Below, in pieces: positions 20,980-31,349 of a stretch of 64,000 nucleotides of DNA (the stretch's first letter is position 1; the number at the start of each line of letters is the position of its first letter). This DNA comes from an uncultured Candidatus Rokubacteria bacterium (GTDB lineage: Bacteria; Methylomirabilota; Methylomirabilia; Rokubacteriales; DASRDR01). Position numbers and translations under genes: made by a program. Where the stretch lies: NCBI GenBank assembly GCA_963708025.1, contig CAVPSB010000032.1, positions 160,001-224,000 of the forward strand, given 5' to 3'. The notes under the pieces are model-generated. The model had not been told where the DNA came from and did not search any database. It worked only from the letters and a program-made list of their open reading frames with translations.

Positions 20980-22182
20980 TCAGGATCGCCGTCTCAGCCA
21001 CTGCTCGGGGTCCTCGGGCCTCCCCTGGTACCGTACCTCGAAATAGAGACGCGGCCCTTCCAGCGACCCCGTCTCCCCTACGCGCGCGATCCCCTGTCCG
21101 GCCTTCACCCGGTCGCCCTCGGCGACCAGGAGCTCGGAGGCGTGGGCATAGAGCGTGTAGTAACCGGTCCCGTGATCCAGGATGATCAGGTTACCATATC
21201 CCTTGAGCCAGCCGCGATAGAGCACCGTCCCCGCGTAAACCGCGCGGATCGAAGCGCCCTCGTCGGCCTCGATGTCCACGCCGCGGCGGAACGTTTCGGT
21301 GCCGAACCGGGGGTGGACCTGGCGGCCGAATCCGGCCACGACCCGGCCGTCGGTCGGCCAGGGGAGCTGACCCCGGAGCGTCCCGAGGCCGACCGCCGGC
21401 GGCCGCGGCCCCTCGGGGGCCGCCGGCCGGACGCTGGCCGGCCGGGCCGCCACCCGGCGGCTGAGCTCGCGCACCAGCGCCTCGAGCCGGCCCCGCGCCT
21501 CTTCCAGCTCCCCGGCCATGCGCTCGTGGGTCGCCCGATCGTCCCGGACCTCCGCCAGCAGCCCGCGCCGGCGCTCGGCCTCCCGATTCATCGCCGCCCG
21601 CTCCGCTTCCACCGCGCGACGGAGGCCGACCAGCTCGCGCCGCCCTCGCGCGACGGCCTCCTCCCGGGCGCTCAGGCGCTCGGCCGTCCGGCCGAACTCC
21701 GTGAGCCGGGCCAGGTCGGTCCGGGCCACCCGCGTCAGGTCCCCGAGCGCGCCCTGCCGCGCGACCTCCGCGCGCTCGCCCAGCCAGCCGGGCGGCGCCG
21801 GCCGCTCGGCCAGTGCCGCCAGGGTGCGGAGGCGTGCTCCCAGCACCGCCTGCTGGGTGACGAGGTCCTCAGCCACCCGGCCCCGCCGGTCGCCGAGCGC
21901 CTCCAGCTCGGCCTCGACGCGACCGATGCGCTCGTCCAATCGGCGCAGCTCGCCGCGTTTCCGCGCCAGCGTCCGGTCCCGCTGCTCCAGCTCGGCCAGC
22001 AGCGAGACCTCCCGGCTGCGCGCGGCCGAGGCCCGGGCCCGCGCCTCGTCGAGCTGGCGTCGCACCTGTCCGAGCTCCTCCTTCCGCTCCTTCAGCGCGG
22101 CGCCCGGACGCGGAGCGGCGGCGGCGGTCGTCAGGAGGGCGAGGACCACGGCGACGCCGAGCAGGCCGCGGGCCGGCGTCAC
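20980..22182 (-). CDS. envC: Murein hydrolase activator EnvC (coiled coil + M23 domain)
   Basis: Signal peptide, coiled coil, LPWP..G, GYGNLIILDHG, LYFEVR. Confidence 0.88.
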   Translation of the reverse strand: MTPARGLLGVAVVLALLTTAAAAPRPGAALKERKEELGQVRRQLDEARARASAARSREVSLLAELEQRDRTLARKRGELRRLDERIGRVEAELEALGDRRGRVAEDLVTQQAVLGARLRTLAALAERPAPPGWLGERAEVARQGALGDLTRVARTDLARLTEFGRTAERLSAREEAVARGRRELVGLRRAVEAERAAMNREAERRRGLLAEVRDDRATHERMAGELEEARGRLEALVRELSRRVAARPASVRPAAPEGPRPPAVGLGTLRGQLPWPTDGRVVAGFGRQVHPRFGTETFRRGVDIEADEGASIRAVYAGTVLYRGWLKGYGNLIILDHGTGYYTLYAHASELLVAEGDRVKAGQGIARVGETGSLEGPRLYFEVRYQGRPEDPEQWLRRRS

Positions 22183-23069
22183 GGTCGCCCCGCGAAGAGC
22201 CCGCCGGCGAGCCCGGTCGCGGCGCCCCCGCCGAGCAAGGCGGCGGTGAGCGGCCCGGCAGGCAGCGAGAGCGACGGCAGCCCGAGCGTGGCGCGGAGCC
22301 AGTCGGCCGTCCAGGGGGCGCCGGCCTCCGAGACGAGGACCAGGAGGCTCCAGCCGAGCGCGGCGCCGGCGGCGCCCTGCACGACGGCCTGCACGAGAAG
22401 CGGCGACCAGAGCCGGCCCTCCGGCACGCCGGCCAGTCGCAAGATGGCCGTCTCGTCGGCCCGTCGCTGGCGGGCGAGGCTGGTCGCCCCGCCGATCGCT
22501 CCGAGGGCGGCGAGACCGAGCAGCGCGGCGAGCCCGGCACCGCCCCGGGTGAGGCCGCGCTCCACCCGCTCGACCGGCTCCACCCAGCCGACCGCCGCCT
22601 GCACCTCCTCGACGGCGGGAACCCGGCCGAGCGCCTCGACCAGGGCGCGCAGCCCGGCGGCGCTCGTCGCCGGCGCCGGGGTGACGACGAGCCGCGCCGG
22701 CACCGGATTGACCGGGAGGCGATCGAGCCCGTCGCCGCCCTGCCCCTGCGCGCCCAGGTACTGCCGGAGCTCCGCGAGCGCCTCCCGGCTCGACACGTAG
22801 CGAACCGCGGCGACTCCCGGCAGCGCGCGCACGTCCGGAACGACGCCGGCCGCGCCGCCGGCCTGCGCAACGTCCTCGCGCAGCAGGGCGACGATCCTGA
22901 GATCGGCGCGCCAGCCAGCGGTCAGCCGGGCGAGGGCCTGGCGTCCGGACAGCGTCGCGCCGGCGACCAGGACCGCCATGGCCGTGAGGAGAACCGCCGT
23001 CGCGCCGGCGAGCCCGGAGCGGCGCAGGTCCTGCCAGGCAGTGACGAGGAGGAAGCTAGCCCGCGCCAC
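22179..23069 (-). CDS. ftsX: Cell division permease FtsX
   Basis: VRYVSSREALAEL, NPVPA, RRADETAILRLAG..P; lies between ftsE and envC. Confidence 0.8.
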   Translation of the reverse strand: MARASFLLVTAWQDLRRSGLAGATAVLLTAMAVLVAGATLSGRQALARLTAGWRADLRIVALLREDVAQAGGAAGVVPDVRALPGVAAVRYVSSREALAELRQYLGAQGQGGDGLDRLPVNPVPARLVVTPAPATSAAGLRALVEALGRVPAVEEVQAAVGWVEPVERVERGLTRGGAGLAALLGLAALGAIGGATSLARQRRADETAILRLAGVPEGRLWSPLLVQAVVQGAAGAALGWSLLVLVSEAGAPWTADWLRATLGLPSLSLPAGPLTAALLGGGAATGLAGGLFAGRP

Positions 23070-23877
23070 GGGTGTTTGGAGCCTCCCTCCCTCCCGATCC
23101 GTGAACGGCCTTCGGCCTTTGGCCCCCCTCCCCCACCCTTGGACGGCCTTCGGCCTGTGGCTGGGGGGAGGGGGGGGTCGGAGGCACTCGATTCACCGTC
23201 ACGGCGGGCTCCGCACACAGCCGGCCCTCCTCCAGCACCAGGGTCCGGGCGCCCAGCTCCGTGGCTAGCGCGGAGACCTGGGACGCCACCACGACCGTCG
23301 TGCCCCCATCCCGGGCGCCGCGGAGAAGGTCCACGACCGCCCGGGCCGCCACCCCGTCGAGCGCCGCCGTCGGCTCGTCGGCCAGGAGGAGACACGGGTC
23401 GCCGGCCAGTGCCCGGGCGATCAGGAGCCGCTGCCGCTCGCCAGCCGTCAGCTCGCGGGGAAAGGCGTTCGCCTTGGGGGTCAGGCCGGCCTCCCGCAGC
23501 GACTGGAGCGCCCGCGTCCGGGCGTCGCGCAGTCCGGCGCCGAGCGCGCGCAGGACGAGCGCGACGTTGCCGAGGACCGTCCGGTCGCCGAGGAGCCGGC
23601 CGTCCGCCGGGACGACGCCCAGGCGCCGGCGCAGCCGGGCGAGGCCGCGACGGCCCAGCGCGCCGACGTCCTCCCCGTCAACGACGAGTCGGCCCTGACT
23701 CGGTCGCTCCTCGCCGCAGATGAGCCGGAGGACGGTGGACTTGCCGGCGCCGCTCGGCCCGGTCACGAGCACCAGCTCCCCCGGGGTCACGTGGAAGCTC
23801 GCGTCGCGGAGGGCGTGGACGACGGGACCACCGGCGCGGCGCGCGTAGAGCCTGGACACTCCCTGGAAGTCGACCAT
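23056..23877 (-). CDS. ftsE: Cell division ABC ATPase FtsE (C-terminal tail encoded by a repeat)
   Basis: GPSGAGKST, LTAGERQR, LLLADEPT; TATAAT at 23898-23903 upstream. Confidence 0.85.
   Translation of the reverse strand: MVDFQGVSRLYARRAGGPVVHALRDASFHVTPGELVLVTGPSGAGKSTVLRLICGEERPSQGRLVVDGEDVGALGRRGLARLRRRLGVVPADGRLLGDRTVLGNVALVLRALGAGLRDARTRALQSLREAGLTPKANAFPRELTAGERQRLLIARALAGDPCLLLADEPTAALDGVAARAVVDLLRGARDGGTTVVVASQVSALATELGARTLVLEEGRLCAEPAVTVNRVPPTPPSPQPQAEGRPRVGEGGQRPKAVHGSGGREAPNTRGAG
23074..23198. repeat. Repeat family A, copy 2 (inside the ftsE 3' end)
   Basis: GTTTGGAGCCTCCC...two (G/A)ACGGCCTTCGGCC modules...GGGGGGAGGGGGGG.CGGAGG...TTCAC. Confidence 0.7.
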
Positions 23878-23946
23878 GACCAGCGGCGACTCCTCTCATT
23901 ATAGAGAGGGCCACCCCGATCACGCAGGAGTTTCGCCGCGGCGGGC

Positions 23947-25404
23947 TCAGGTCGGTGGGAGGCGCTCGACGAGCAGCCGGTTGACGACCTGGGGACTCGC
24001 CTTCCCACCGGTCGCCTTCATCACCTGACCGACCAGGAAGGCGAGGCTCTGCTTCTTGCCCTTCCGGAAGTCCGCCACCGCGGACGCGTTGGCCCCGATG
24101 ACCCGGTCGACGACCTGGAGGAGGGCGCTCTCTTCCGCGACCTGCGTGAGGCCCTCGCGGCGCACGATCGCGTCGGGGTCCTCCCCGTTCCGGGCCATGC
24201 GCTCGAAGACGTCCTTGGCGATCTTCCCGCTGATGGTCCCGTCGTCCACCAGGGCCACCAGCCGGGCGAGGTGAGCCGGCCGGATCACGCACATGACGAG
24301 CTGGCCGGGATCGCCGTGGAGCACCCGCAGGAGCTCGGAGCCGATCCAGTTGGCGAGCGCCCTCGGGTTCGGGTGGAGCCGAACGGCCTCCTCGTAGTAG
24401 TCGGCCAGCGACCGGTCGGTGGTGAGGAGGTCGGCGTCGTGCGGCGGCAGCCCGTACCGCTCGACGAAGCGGAGGCGCCGGGCCCGCGGCAGCTCGGGGA
24501 GGGCGGCCTCGATCCCGGACACCCAGGCCGGGTCCGGCTGGACCGGAACCAGGTCGGGCTCCGGGAAGTAGCGGTAGTCGTGCGCGAACTCCTTGGACCG
24601 CATCGGGAGAGTCTGCCCCTGTCGGGGTTCCAGAGGCGTGTCTCCTGCACGAGGCGCTCGCCCCGGTCCAGCGCCCGGCCCTGGCGCTCCACCTCGTGCT
24701 CGAGGGCGGCCCGGACGTGGCGGAAGGAGTTCATGTTCTTGATCTCGACCTTCGTGCCCAGCTCGGTGGCCGCCCCGCGGCCGGAGGGAGATGTTCGCGT
24801 CGCAGCGGAGCGAGCCTTCCTCCATGTTGCCGTCGCAGACCCCGAGGTAGCGGACCACCGCCCGCAGCGTCCGCAGGTACTCCGCCGCCTCGGCCGGCGA
24901 GCGGAGGTCCGGCCGCGAGACGATCTCCATCAGCGGTACGCCCGCCCGGTTGAAGTCGACCAGGCTCGCGCTGGCCGCTCGAAGACCCCGCCCTCGTGGG
25001 TCAGCTTGCCCACGTCCTCCTCGAGGTGGAGGCGCTCGATGCCGATCCGGCGCACGGCGCCGGCCTCGTCCGGCGGGGCGACCTCGAGCCACCCGTCCTC
25101 GGCCAGCGGCTCCTCGTACTGGCTGATCTGGTAGTTCTTCGGCATGTCGGGGTAGAAGTAGTGCTTGCGCGCGAACCGGCGACTCCGCGCTGATCGCGGC
25201 AGCGGAGCGCGCGGGCCGTCCGGATGCCGAACTCGATCGCCCGGCGGTTGATGACCGGCAGGACGCCCGGCATGCCCAGGCAGACCGGGCAGGTCTGGCG
25301 GTTCGGCGGCGGCGCCGAAGGTCGCCGCGCACCCGCAGAACATCTTGCGAGCGCGTCAGGAGCTGGGCGTGCACCTCCAGCCCGATGACGGTCTCGTAGG
25401 CCAT
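23947..25404 (-). CDS. gatB: Asp/Glu-tRNA amidotransferase subunit B (several frameshifts, probably sequence errors)
   Basis: [63 protein letters not shown], distributed over different frames. Confidence 0.9.
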   Translation of the reverse strand: MAYETVIGLEVHAQLLTRSQDVLRVRGDLRRRRRTARPARSAWACRASCRSSTAGRSSSASGRPARSAAAISAESPVRAQALLLPRHAEELPDQPVRGAAGRGRVARGRPAGRGRRRAPDRHRAPPPRGGRGQADPRGRGLRAASASLVDFNRAGVPLMEIVSRPDLRSPAEAAEYLRTLRAVVRYLGVCDGNMEEGSLRCDANISLRPRGGHRAGHEGRDQEHELLPPRPGRPRARGGAPGPGAGPGRAPRAGDTPLEPRQGQTLPMRSKEFAHDYRYFPEPDLVPVQPDPAWVSGIEAALPELPRARRLRFVERYGLPPHDADLLTTDRSLADYYEEAVRLHPNPRALANWIGSELLRVLHGDPGQLVMCVIRPAHLARLVALVDDGTISGKIAKDVFERMARNGEDPDAIVRREGLTQVAEESALLQVVDRVIGANASAVADFRKGKKQSLAFLVGQVMKATGGKASPQVVNRLLVERLPPT

Positions 25405-26890
25405 CAGGCATTCCGTCTCGAGCAGCCGGCTTCCGGCGCCGCCAGTCGGTGCGCCGCCTCGTAGGCGGCGGCGACCCGGAAGAGCGTCGTCTCGTCGAAG
25501 GGCTTCCCGATGAGCTGGAGGCCGATCGGGCAGCCCGGCCGGCCGAGAATCCGCACGGGACGGAGATCGCCGGGCACGCCCGGCCAGCGGCGACGGGATG
25601 GTGAAGACGTCGTTCAGGTACATGGCCAGCGGGTCCTCGGTCTTCTCCCCGAGCTTGAACGCCGGCGTCGGGCGCGGTCGGCGCGACGATCGACGTCGCA
25701 CCTCGCCGAACGCCCGCGTCGAAGTCGCGCGCGGATCAGCGTGCGGACCCGCAGCGCCTTGGCGTAGTAGGCGTCGTAGTAGCCGGCGGAGAGCGCGTAG
25801 GTGCCGAGCATGATCCGGCGCTTGACCTCGGCCCCGAAGCCCTCGGCCCGGGTGCGCGCCGTCATGTCGATGAGGTCCTTGGCGCCGTCGGCCCGGTGGC
25901 CGTACTTCACCCCGTCGTAGCGGGCCAGGTTCGAGGAGGCCTCGGCGGGGGCCACGATGTAGTAGGCCGCCACCCCGTAGTCGGTGTGGGGCAGCGAGAC
26001 GCGGCGCGTGCGCGCCCCCAGGCGCTCGAGGGTCGTGATGGCCTCGCGGACCGCGCGCCTCCACCTCGGCGTCGAGCCCCGGGATGAAGTACTCGTCGGG
26101 GATGCCGAGCGTGAGGCCGCGGACGCCCCCGCCGAGGGCTGCCTGGTAGTCCGGCACCGGCTCGTCGGCCGAGGTCGAGTCCATGGGGTCGTGGCCGGCG
26201 ATCGACTCTAATAGAATAGGCCGCGTCCCGGACGTCCTTGGCGATGGGGCCGATCTGGTCGAGCGACGAGGCGAAGGCGATGGCGCCGTAGCGGGAGACG
26301 CGACCGTAGGTCGGCCGGAGCCCCACCACCCCGCAGAAGGCGGCGGGCTGCCGGACCGAGCCACCGGTGTCCGTGCCGAGGGCGCCGGCCGCCAGGTCGG
26401 CGGCCACCGCGGCGGCCGAGCCGCCGGAGGAGCCGCCCGGCACCCGGTCCGGGGCCCAGGGGTTCCGGGTCGGGAAGAAGCCGGAGTTCTCGGTCGACGA
26501 GCCCATCGCGAACTCGTCCATGTTCGTCTTGCCGAGAATGATCGCGCCGTCGGCGGCCAGGCGGACGAGGACGGTCGCGTCGTAGGGCGGGACGAACTCC
26601 GCCAGGATCTTCGCGCCGCACGTCGTCCGGAGCCCGCGCGTGCAGAGGACGTCCTTGATGCCGAGCGGGATGCCGTCGAGCGGCCGCACCGGCTCGCCCC
26701 GCCGCACCCGGTCGTCGACCGCGGCGGCCTGCGCCCGCGCTGACTCGCCGGCAACCGTCAGGTAAGCGTTGAGAGCGGGGTCGAGCGCCGCGATGCGGGC
26801 GAGGTAGGCGTCAACGAGCCCGCTCGCCGTCACGGCCCCGGTGCGGAGCGCGTCCCGGGCCTCGTGGATGGTGAGGCGGGTCCAGTCCAC
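25404..26890 (-). CDS. gatA: Asp/Glu-tRNA amidotransferase subunit A (several frameshifts; 3' end approximate)
   Basis: [63 protein letters not shown]. Confidence 0.9.
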
Positions 26891-26892
26891 CT

Positions 26893-27201
26893 CTACTCCT
26901 CGAGGATGCGCGGGACCCGGAACGACTCCCCTTCCGGGTCCGGGGCGTTCGCGAGCATGGCCTCCACCGGGTAGGAGGGTCGCACCTCGTCCTCACGCAT
27001 CACGTTCGCCAGGGGCAGGACGTGAGTGGTGGGCGGGACGTCCGCCGTGTCCACCTGGTCGAGCTTCTCGATGTAGCCGAGGATCGCGTCGAGCTGGCTC
27101 CGCATCCGCGCCTTCTCCGTCGCCGACAGATCGAGTCGGGCGAGGCGGGCGACGTGCTCGACTTCGGCCAGGCTGATCTTCGGCTCCGGCGGGGTGTCCA
27201 T
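26893..27201 (-). CDS. gatC: Asp/Glu-tRNA amidotransferase subunit C
   Basis: [15 protein letters not shown]...NVMREDEV...LANAP...FRVPRILE. Confidence 0.93.
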   Translation of the reverse strand: MDTPPEPKISLAEVEHVARLARLDLSATEKARMRSQLDAILGYIEKLDQVDTADVPPTTHVLPLANVMREDEVRPSYPVEAMLANAPDPEGESFRVPRILEE

Positions 27202-29390
27202 CACAGCTCCTCGAGATGCGCATATTGTAGCGCGAGCCGCTTCTTGCCCACGGCCGCGAAGTTCACCGTCACCACCCAGTCCTCGCCGTCCTGCTGGACG
27301 CCGACGACCAGGCCTTCGCCCCAGCGGCCATGGCGCACACGGGCGCCGACGCGCAGCGGCGCGTCCGCGCTGTCGTCCGCGGGCAGCGACGGCTCCCGGG
27401 CGACGGTCCAGCCCCCGGGGGCCGGCCGGCGCGCCGAGCCGGCCACCGGGATCAGCGCGTTCTCGGGCATCTCCAGCAGGAAGCGCGACGGCTCCCGCAT
27501 CCCGCCGAAGGCCCCCAGCCGGCGCTGGCAGGCGTAGGAGAGGTAGAGGCGCGCCTTGGCCCGGGTGAGGCCGACGTAGGCGAGCCGCCGCTCCTCCTCG
27601 ACGCCCTCCGCGTCCTCGAGGGCCCGCGCGTGCGGGAACACGCCTTCCTCCAGCCCGGTCAGGAACACGACGGGGAACTCGAGGCCCTTGGCCGAGTGGA
27701 GCGTCATCAGCGTCACCGCCGCCCGCACCTCGGCCAGCTCGTCCACGTCCGCGATGAGGGCGACCGAGTCGAGGAACGCCGCCAGCTCGCCCCGCCCCTC
27801 GCGCGCCTCGAACTCGCCGGCGGCGACGCCCAGCTCGTCCAGGTTCTCGAGCCGACTCTCCGCCTCGGCCGTGCGCTCCTGCCGGAGCGCCTCGCGGAGC
27901 CCGGCGGCGTCGATGACCGCCGAGACCCGCTCGGCCAGGGGCCACGGCTCGGCCATCAGCGCGACCAGCCGCTCCCGCAGGGCGGCGAACCCGCCGAGGG
28001 CCCGGCCGGCTTTGCCCCCGATCGCCAGCGCCGCCGGACCGGCGCTCGCCGCCAGGAGCGAGACCCCGTCACGCTCCGCCGCCTCGGCGAGCCGGCCCAG
28101 GCTCGTCTTGCCGATCCCGCGCGGCGGCGTCCCGACGGCACGGGTGAACGCGAGGTCGTCGTCCGGGTTGAGCGCGAGCCGGAGGTAGGCGAGCGCGTCC
28201 TTGACCTCCTTCCGCTCGTAGAACCGCACGCTGCCCACGATGTGGTACGGGAGGCCGAGGCCCCGGAAGGCGTCCTCCAGCACCCGCGACTGGGCGTTGG
28301 TGCGATAGAACACGGCGATCTCGGCCAGTCCCGTCCCCTCCGCGCGGAGGCCGGCCACGCTGCGGGCGACCCAGGCCGCCTCCTCGACCTCGTCCCAGGC
28401 GCGGAAGAGGCGGGCTGGCTCACCGCGCTCGTTCTCGGTCCAGAGTCCCTTGTCCTTGCGCGCCTGGTTGTGCGCGATCACGGCGCCGGCGATCTCCAGG
28501 ATCTGGCCGGTCGAGCGGTAGTTCTGCTCGAGGCGCACCACCCGGCAGTCCGGGAAGTCGCGCTCGAAGTCCAGGATGTTCCGCAGGTCGGCGCCCCGGA
28601 AGCGGTAGATCGACTGATCGGGATCGCCGACCACGCAGAGGTTCCCGTGGCCCCCGGTCAGGAGCCGCAGGAAGCGATACTGGGCCGCGTTCGTGTCCTG
28701 GTACTCGTCGACCAGCACGTAGCGCCAGTGGTTCCGGTAGTAGGCGAGCACCTCCGGGTGCCGCTCCCACAGCCGCACGACCAGCACGAGCAGGTCGTCG
28801 AAGTCGAGGGCGCCGGCCGCGCGCAACCGCGCCTCGTACCGCGCGAAGAGCTGGGCCAGCTCGCGCTCCCGCGGGCCTCGCGCGGCGGCCGCCAGGTCAT
28901 CGGCATCCTGGAGCTGGTTCTTCGCCCGGCTGATCCGGGAGACCACGGCCTGGGGAGGCCAGGCCCGCTCGTCCAGCCCGGCGGCCCGGGCGAGCTCGCG
29001 GATCAGGCTGAGCCGGTCGTCCTCGTCGTAGATGAGGAAGTGCCGCTTGTAGCCGAGGTGGTGGATCTCGGAGCGCAGGATCCGCACGCACGTGGCGTGG
29101 AAGGTGGCGACCAGCGGCGACCGCACCCCCCAGCCGGCCAGCAGCGCCTCCACGCGCTGCCCCATCTCCCCGGACGCCTTGTTCGTGAAGGTGACGGCCA
29201 GGATCCGCCGGGGGTCGGCGCCACCGGCGATCAGGTACGCGATCCGGTGGGCGATGACGCGGGTCTTGCCGCTGCCGGCGCCGGCGAGAACGAGCAGCGC
29301 CCCGTCCGTGTGGCGGACGGCCTCCTGCTGGGCGGGGTTCAGGCCGGCGAGGATGGCCTCGCCGGTCGGCGCCGGGCTCACGGGTCGCAA
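27201..29390 (-). CDS. pcrA: ATP-dependent DNA helicase PcrA/UvrD
   Basis: LAGAGSGKT, VTFTNKA, VDEYQDTN, GDPDQSIYRFRGA, LHSAKGLEFP, EERRLAYVGLTRA. Confidence 0.95.
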   Translation of the reverse strand: MRPVSPAPTGEAILAGLNPAQQEAVRHTDGALLVLAGAGSGKTRVIAHRIAYLIAGGADPRRILAVTFTNKASGEMGQRVEALLAGWGVRSPLVATFHATCVRILRSEIHHLGYKRHFLIYDEDDRLSLIRELARAAGLDERAWPPQAVVSRISRAKNQLQDADDLAAAARGPRERELAQLFARYEARLRAAGALDFDDLLVLVVRLWERHPEVLAYYRNHWRYVLVDEYQDTNAAQYRFLRLLTGGHGNLCVVGDPDQSIYRFRGADLRNILDFERDFPDCRVVRLEQNYRSTGQILEIAGAVIAHNQARKDKGLWTENERGEPARLFRAWDEVEEAAWVARSVAGLRAEGTGLAEIAVFYRTNAQSRVLEDAFRGLGLPYHIVGSVRFYERKEVKDALAYLRLALNPDDDLAFTRAVGTPPRGIGKTSLGRLAEAAERDGVSLLAASAGPAALAIGGKAGRALGGFAALRERLVALMAEPWPLAERVSAVIDAAGLREALRQERTAEAESRLENLDELGVAAGEFEAREGRGELAAFLDSVALIADVDELAEVRAAVTLMTLHSAKGLEFPVVFLTGLEEGVFPHARALEDAEGVEEERRLAYVGLTRAKARLYLSYACQRRLGAFGGMREPSRFLLEMPENALIPVAGSARRPAPGGWTVAREPSLPADDSADAPLRVGARVRHGRWGEGLVVGVQQDGEDWVVTVNFAAVGKKRLALQYAHLEEL

Positions 29391-29510
29391 TCGCCTCGCG
29401 ACGCCCGGGCGCCGACGCCCCCTTCCCCGATCCGCGTGCGCGTCCCGTCGCCGGTCACCACCCGATCGTGCAACAGGACGCCGGGCGAGGCAAGCCTCCG
29501 CCCGGAGACG

Positions 29511-31349
29511 CTACTCCACGGTCACGCTCTTCGCCAGGTTCCGGGGCTGATCCACGTCACAGCCCCGCCGGACGGAGACGTGATACGCGAAGAGCTGAAG
29601 CGGGATCGTCAGGATCAACGGGGTCAGCAGCTCGGCCGCCGGCGGCACCGTCAGGACGTGGCCGGCTTTCTCCCGGATCGCCTCGTCGCCCTCGAAGGCG
29701 ACCGCGATGACCAGGCCGTCCCGCGCCCGCACCTCCTCGATGTTGGCCAGCATCCGGTCGTAGGTCGCGTCGTGGGGCACCAGGGCCACTACCGGCATCG
29801 CCTCGTCGATGAGGGCGATCGGCCCGTGCTTCATCTCGCCGCCGGCGTAGCCCTCGGCGTGGATGTAGGACAGCTCCTTCAGCTTCAGCGCCCCTTCCAG
29901 GGCGATCGGGTAGTGCGGGCCCCGGCCGAGGTAGAGGAAGTCGCGGCGCTGGAAGAGGTGCCGGGCCAGCTCGGCGATCGCCTCCTCGTGGGCCAGCGTG
30001 GCCTCGACGAGCCGGGGAACCTCCAGCAGCTCCTGCAGGCGCTTCTTGCCCTCCTCGGCGGTGACCGTGCCGCGCACCCGGCCGAGATGGAGCGCCAGCA
30101 GGTAGAGCGCGGTGATGGTGGCGGTGAACGTCTTGGTGGACGCCACCCCGATCTCGGGGCCGGCGTGGGTGTAGACGACGCCGTGGGATTCGCGCGACAG
30201 CGCGCTCCCGACGACGTTGCAGATCGCGACCACCGGGGCGCCCTTCTGCCGGGCCGTCCGCACGGCGCCGAGGGTGTCGGCCGTCTCGCCCGACTGGCTG
30301 ATGGCGACCACCAGCGTGTCGGGACCGACCAGGGGATCCCGGTAGCGGAACTCGGAGCCGATGTCGGTGTCCGTCGGCACCAGGGCGAGGCGCTCGATCA
30401 GGTGCCGGCCGAGAAGCCCCGCGTGATACGACGTCCCGCAGGCGACGATCACGACCCGGCTGAAGGCCCGCAGCTCGTCGGGCGTGAGGTTCAGGTCGGG
30501 CAGGAAGCAGTCGCCCGTCTCCGGCGAGATCCGGCCGCGGAAGGTGTCGGTGATGGCCCGCGGCTGCTCGTAGATCTCCTTCAGCATGAAGTGGCGGTAG
30601 CCACCCTTCTCGGCCATGATCGGGTCCCACACGATGTGGGTCACCGGGCGCTCGACGGGCCGCCCGGCGAGCGTCGAGAGCTGCACGCCGCTCCGGCCCA
30701 CCACCGCCATCTCCTCGTCCTCCAGCACGATGACGTCGCGGGTGTGCGACAGGATCGCCGGGATGTCGGAGGCGATGAAGTACTCGCCCTCACCCAGCCC
30801 GATCACGACGCCCCCCGCCCCCGTCTTGGCGGCCACCAGACTGTCGGGCTCGCGATCGGAGACGACGCCGACGGCGTAGGCGCCGCGCAGCTCGGCGAGG
30901 GCCCGGCGTACGGCCTCGGCCAGGCCGCCGGCCGCCGGAAGGTGCGCCTCGACCAGGTGGGCCACCACCTCGGTGTCCGTCTCGGACTTGAAGGTGTGGC
31001 CCTCGGCGGTGAGTCGCTTCTTGATCGGCAAATAGTTCTCGAGGATCCCGTTGTGGACGACCACCAGCGAGCCCGTACAATCCGTGTGGGGATGCGCGTT
31101 CTCCTCGGACGGCCGGCCGTGCGTGGCCCAGCGGGTGTGCCCGATCCCGACCGGCCCGTCGATCGGCCGGTCGCGGAGGATTCCTTCCAGGTTCCGGATC
31201 TTCCCCGCGCTCCGGCGCACCTGGAGGACGCCGTCGGAGATGACGGCGATTCCGGCCGAGTCGTAGCCCCGGTACTCCAGCCGCTTGAGCCCGTCCAGGA
31301 TGATGCCAGTGGCTCCCTGCGAGCCGATGTAGCCGACGATGCCGCACAT
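29511..31349 (-). CDS. glmS: Glutamine--fructose-6-phosphate aminotransferase
   Basis: MCGIVGY N-terminus, LEYRGYDSAG, GHTRWATHG, PRNLAKSVTVE C-terminus. Confidence 0.98.
   Translation of the reverse strand: MCGIVGYIGSQGATGIILDGLKRLEYRGYDSAGIAVISDGVLQVRRSAGKIRNLEGILRDRPIDGPVGIGHTRWATHGRPSEENAHPHTDCTGSLVVVHNGILENYLPIKKRLTAEGHTFKSETDTEVVAHLVEAHLPAAGGLAEAVRRALAELRGAYAVGVVSDREPDSLVAAKTGAGGVVIGLGEGEYFIASDIPAILSHTRDVIVLEDEEMAVVGRSGVQLSTLAGRPVERPVTHIVWDPIMAEKGGYRHFMLKEIYEQPRAITDTFRGRISPETGDCFLPDLNLTPDELRAFSRVVIVACGTSYHAGLLGRHLIERLALVPTDTDIGSEFRYRDPLVGPDTLVVAISQSGETADTLGAVRTARQKGAPVVAICNVVGSALSRESHGVVYTHAGPEIGVASTKTFTATITALYLLALHLGRVRGTVTAEEGKKRLQELLEVPRLVEATLAHEEAIAELARHLFQRRDFLYLGRGPHYPIALEGALKLKELSYIHAEGYAGGEMKHGPIALIDEAMPVVALVPHDATYDRMLANIEEVRARDGLVIAVAFEGDEAIREKAGHVLTVPPAAELLTPLILTIPLQLFAYHVSVRRGCDVDQPRNLAKSVTVE

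Noticed and set aside
23947-26890. gatA/gatB as true pseudogenes or programmed frameshifts
   Set aside because: Motifs are intact, no slippery sites were seen, and similar indels occur in other conserved genes; sequence error is more likely.
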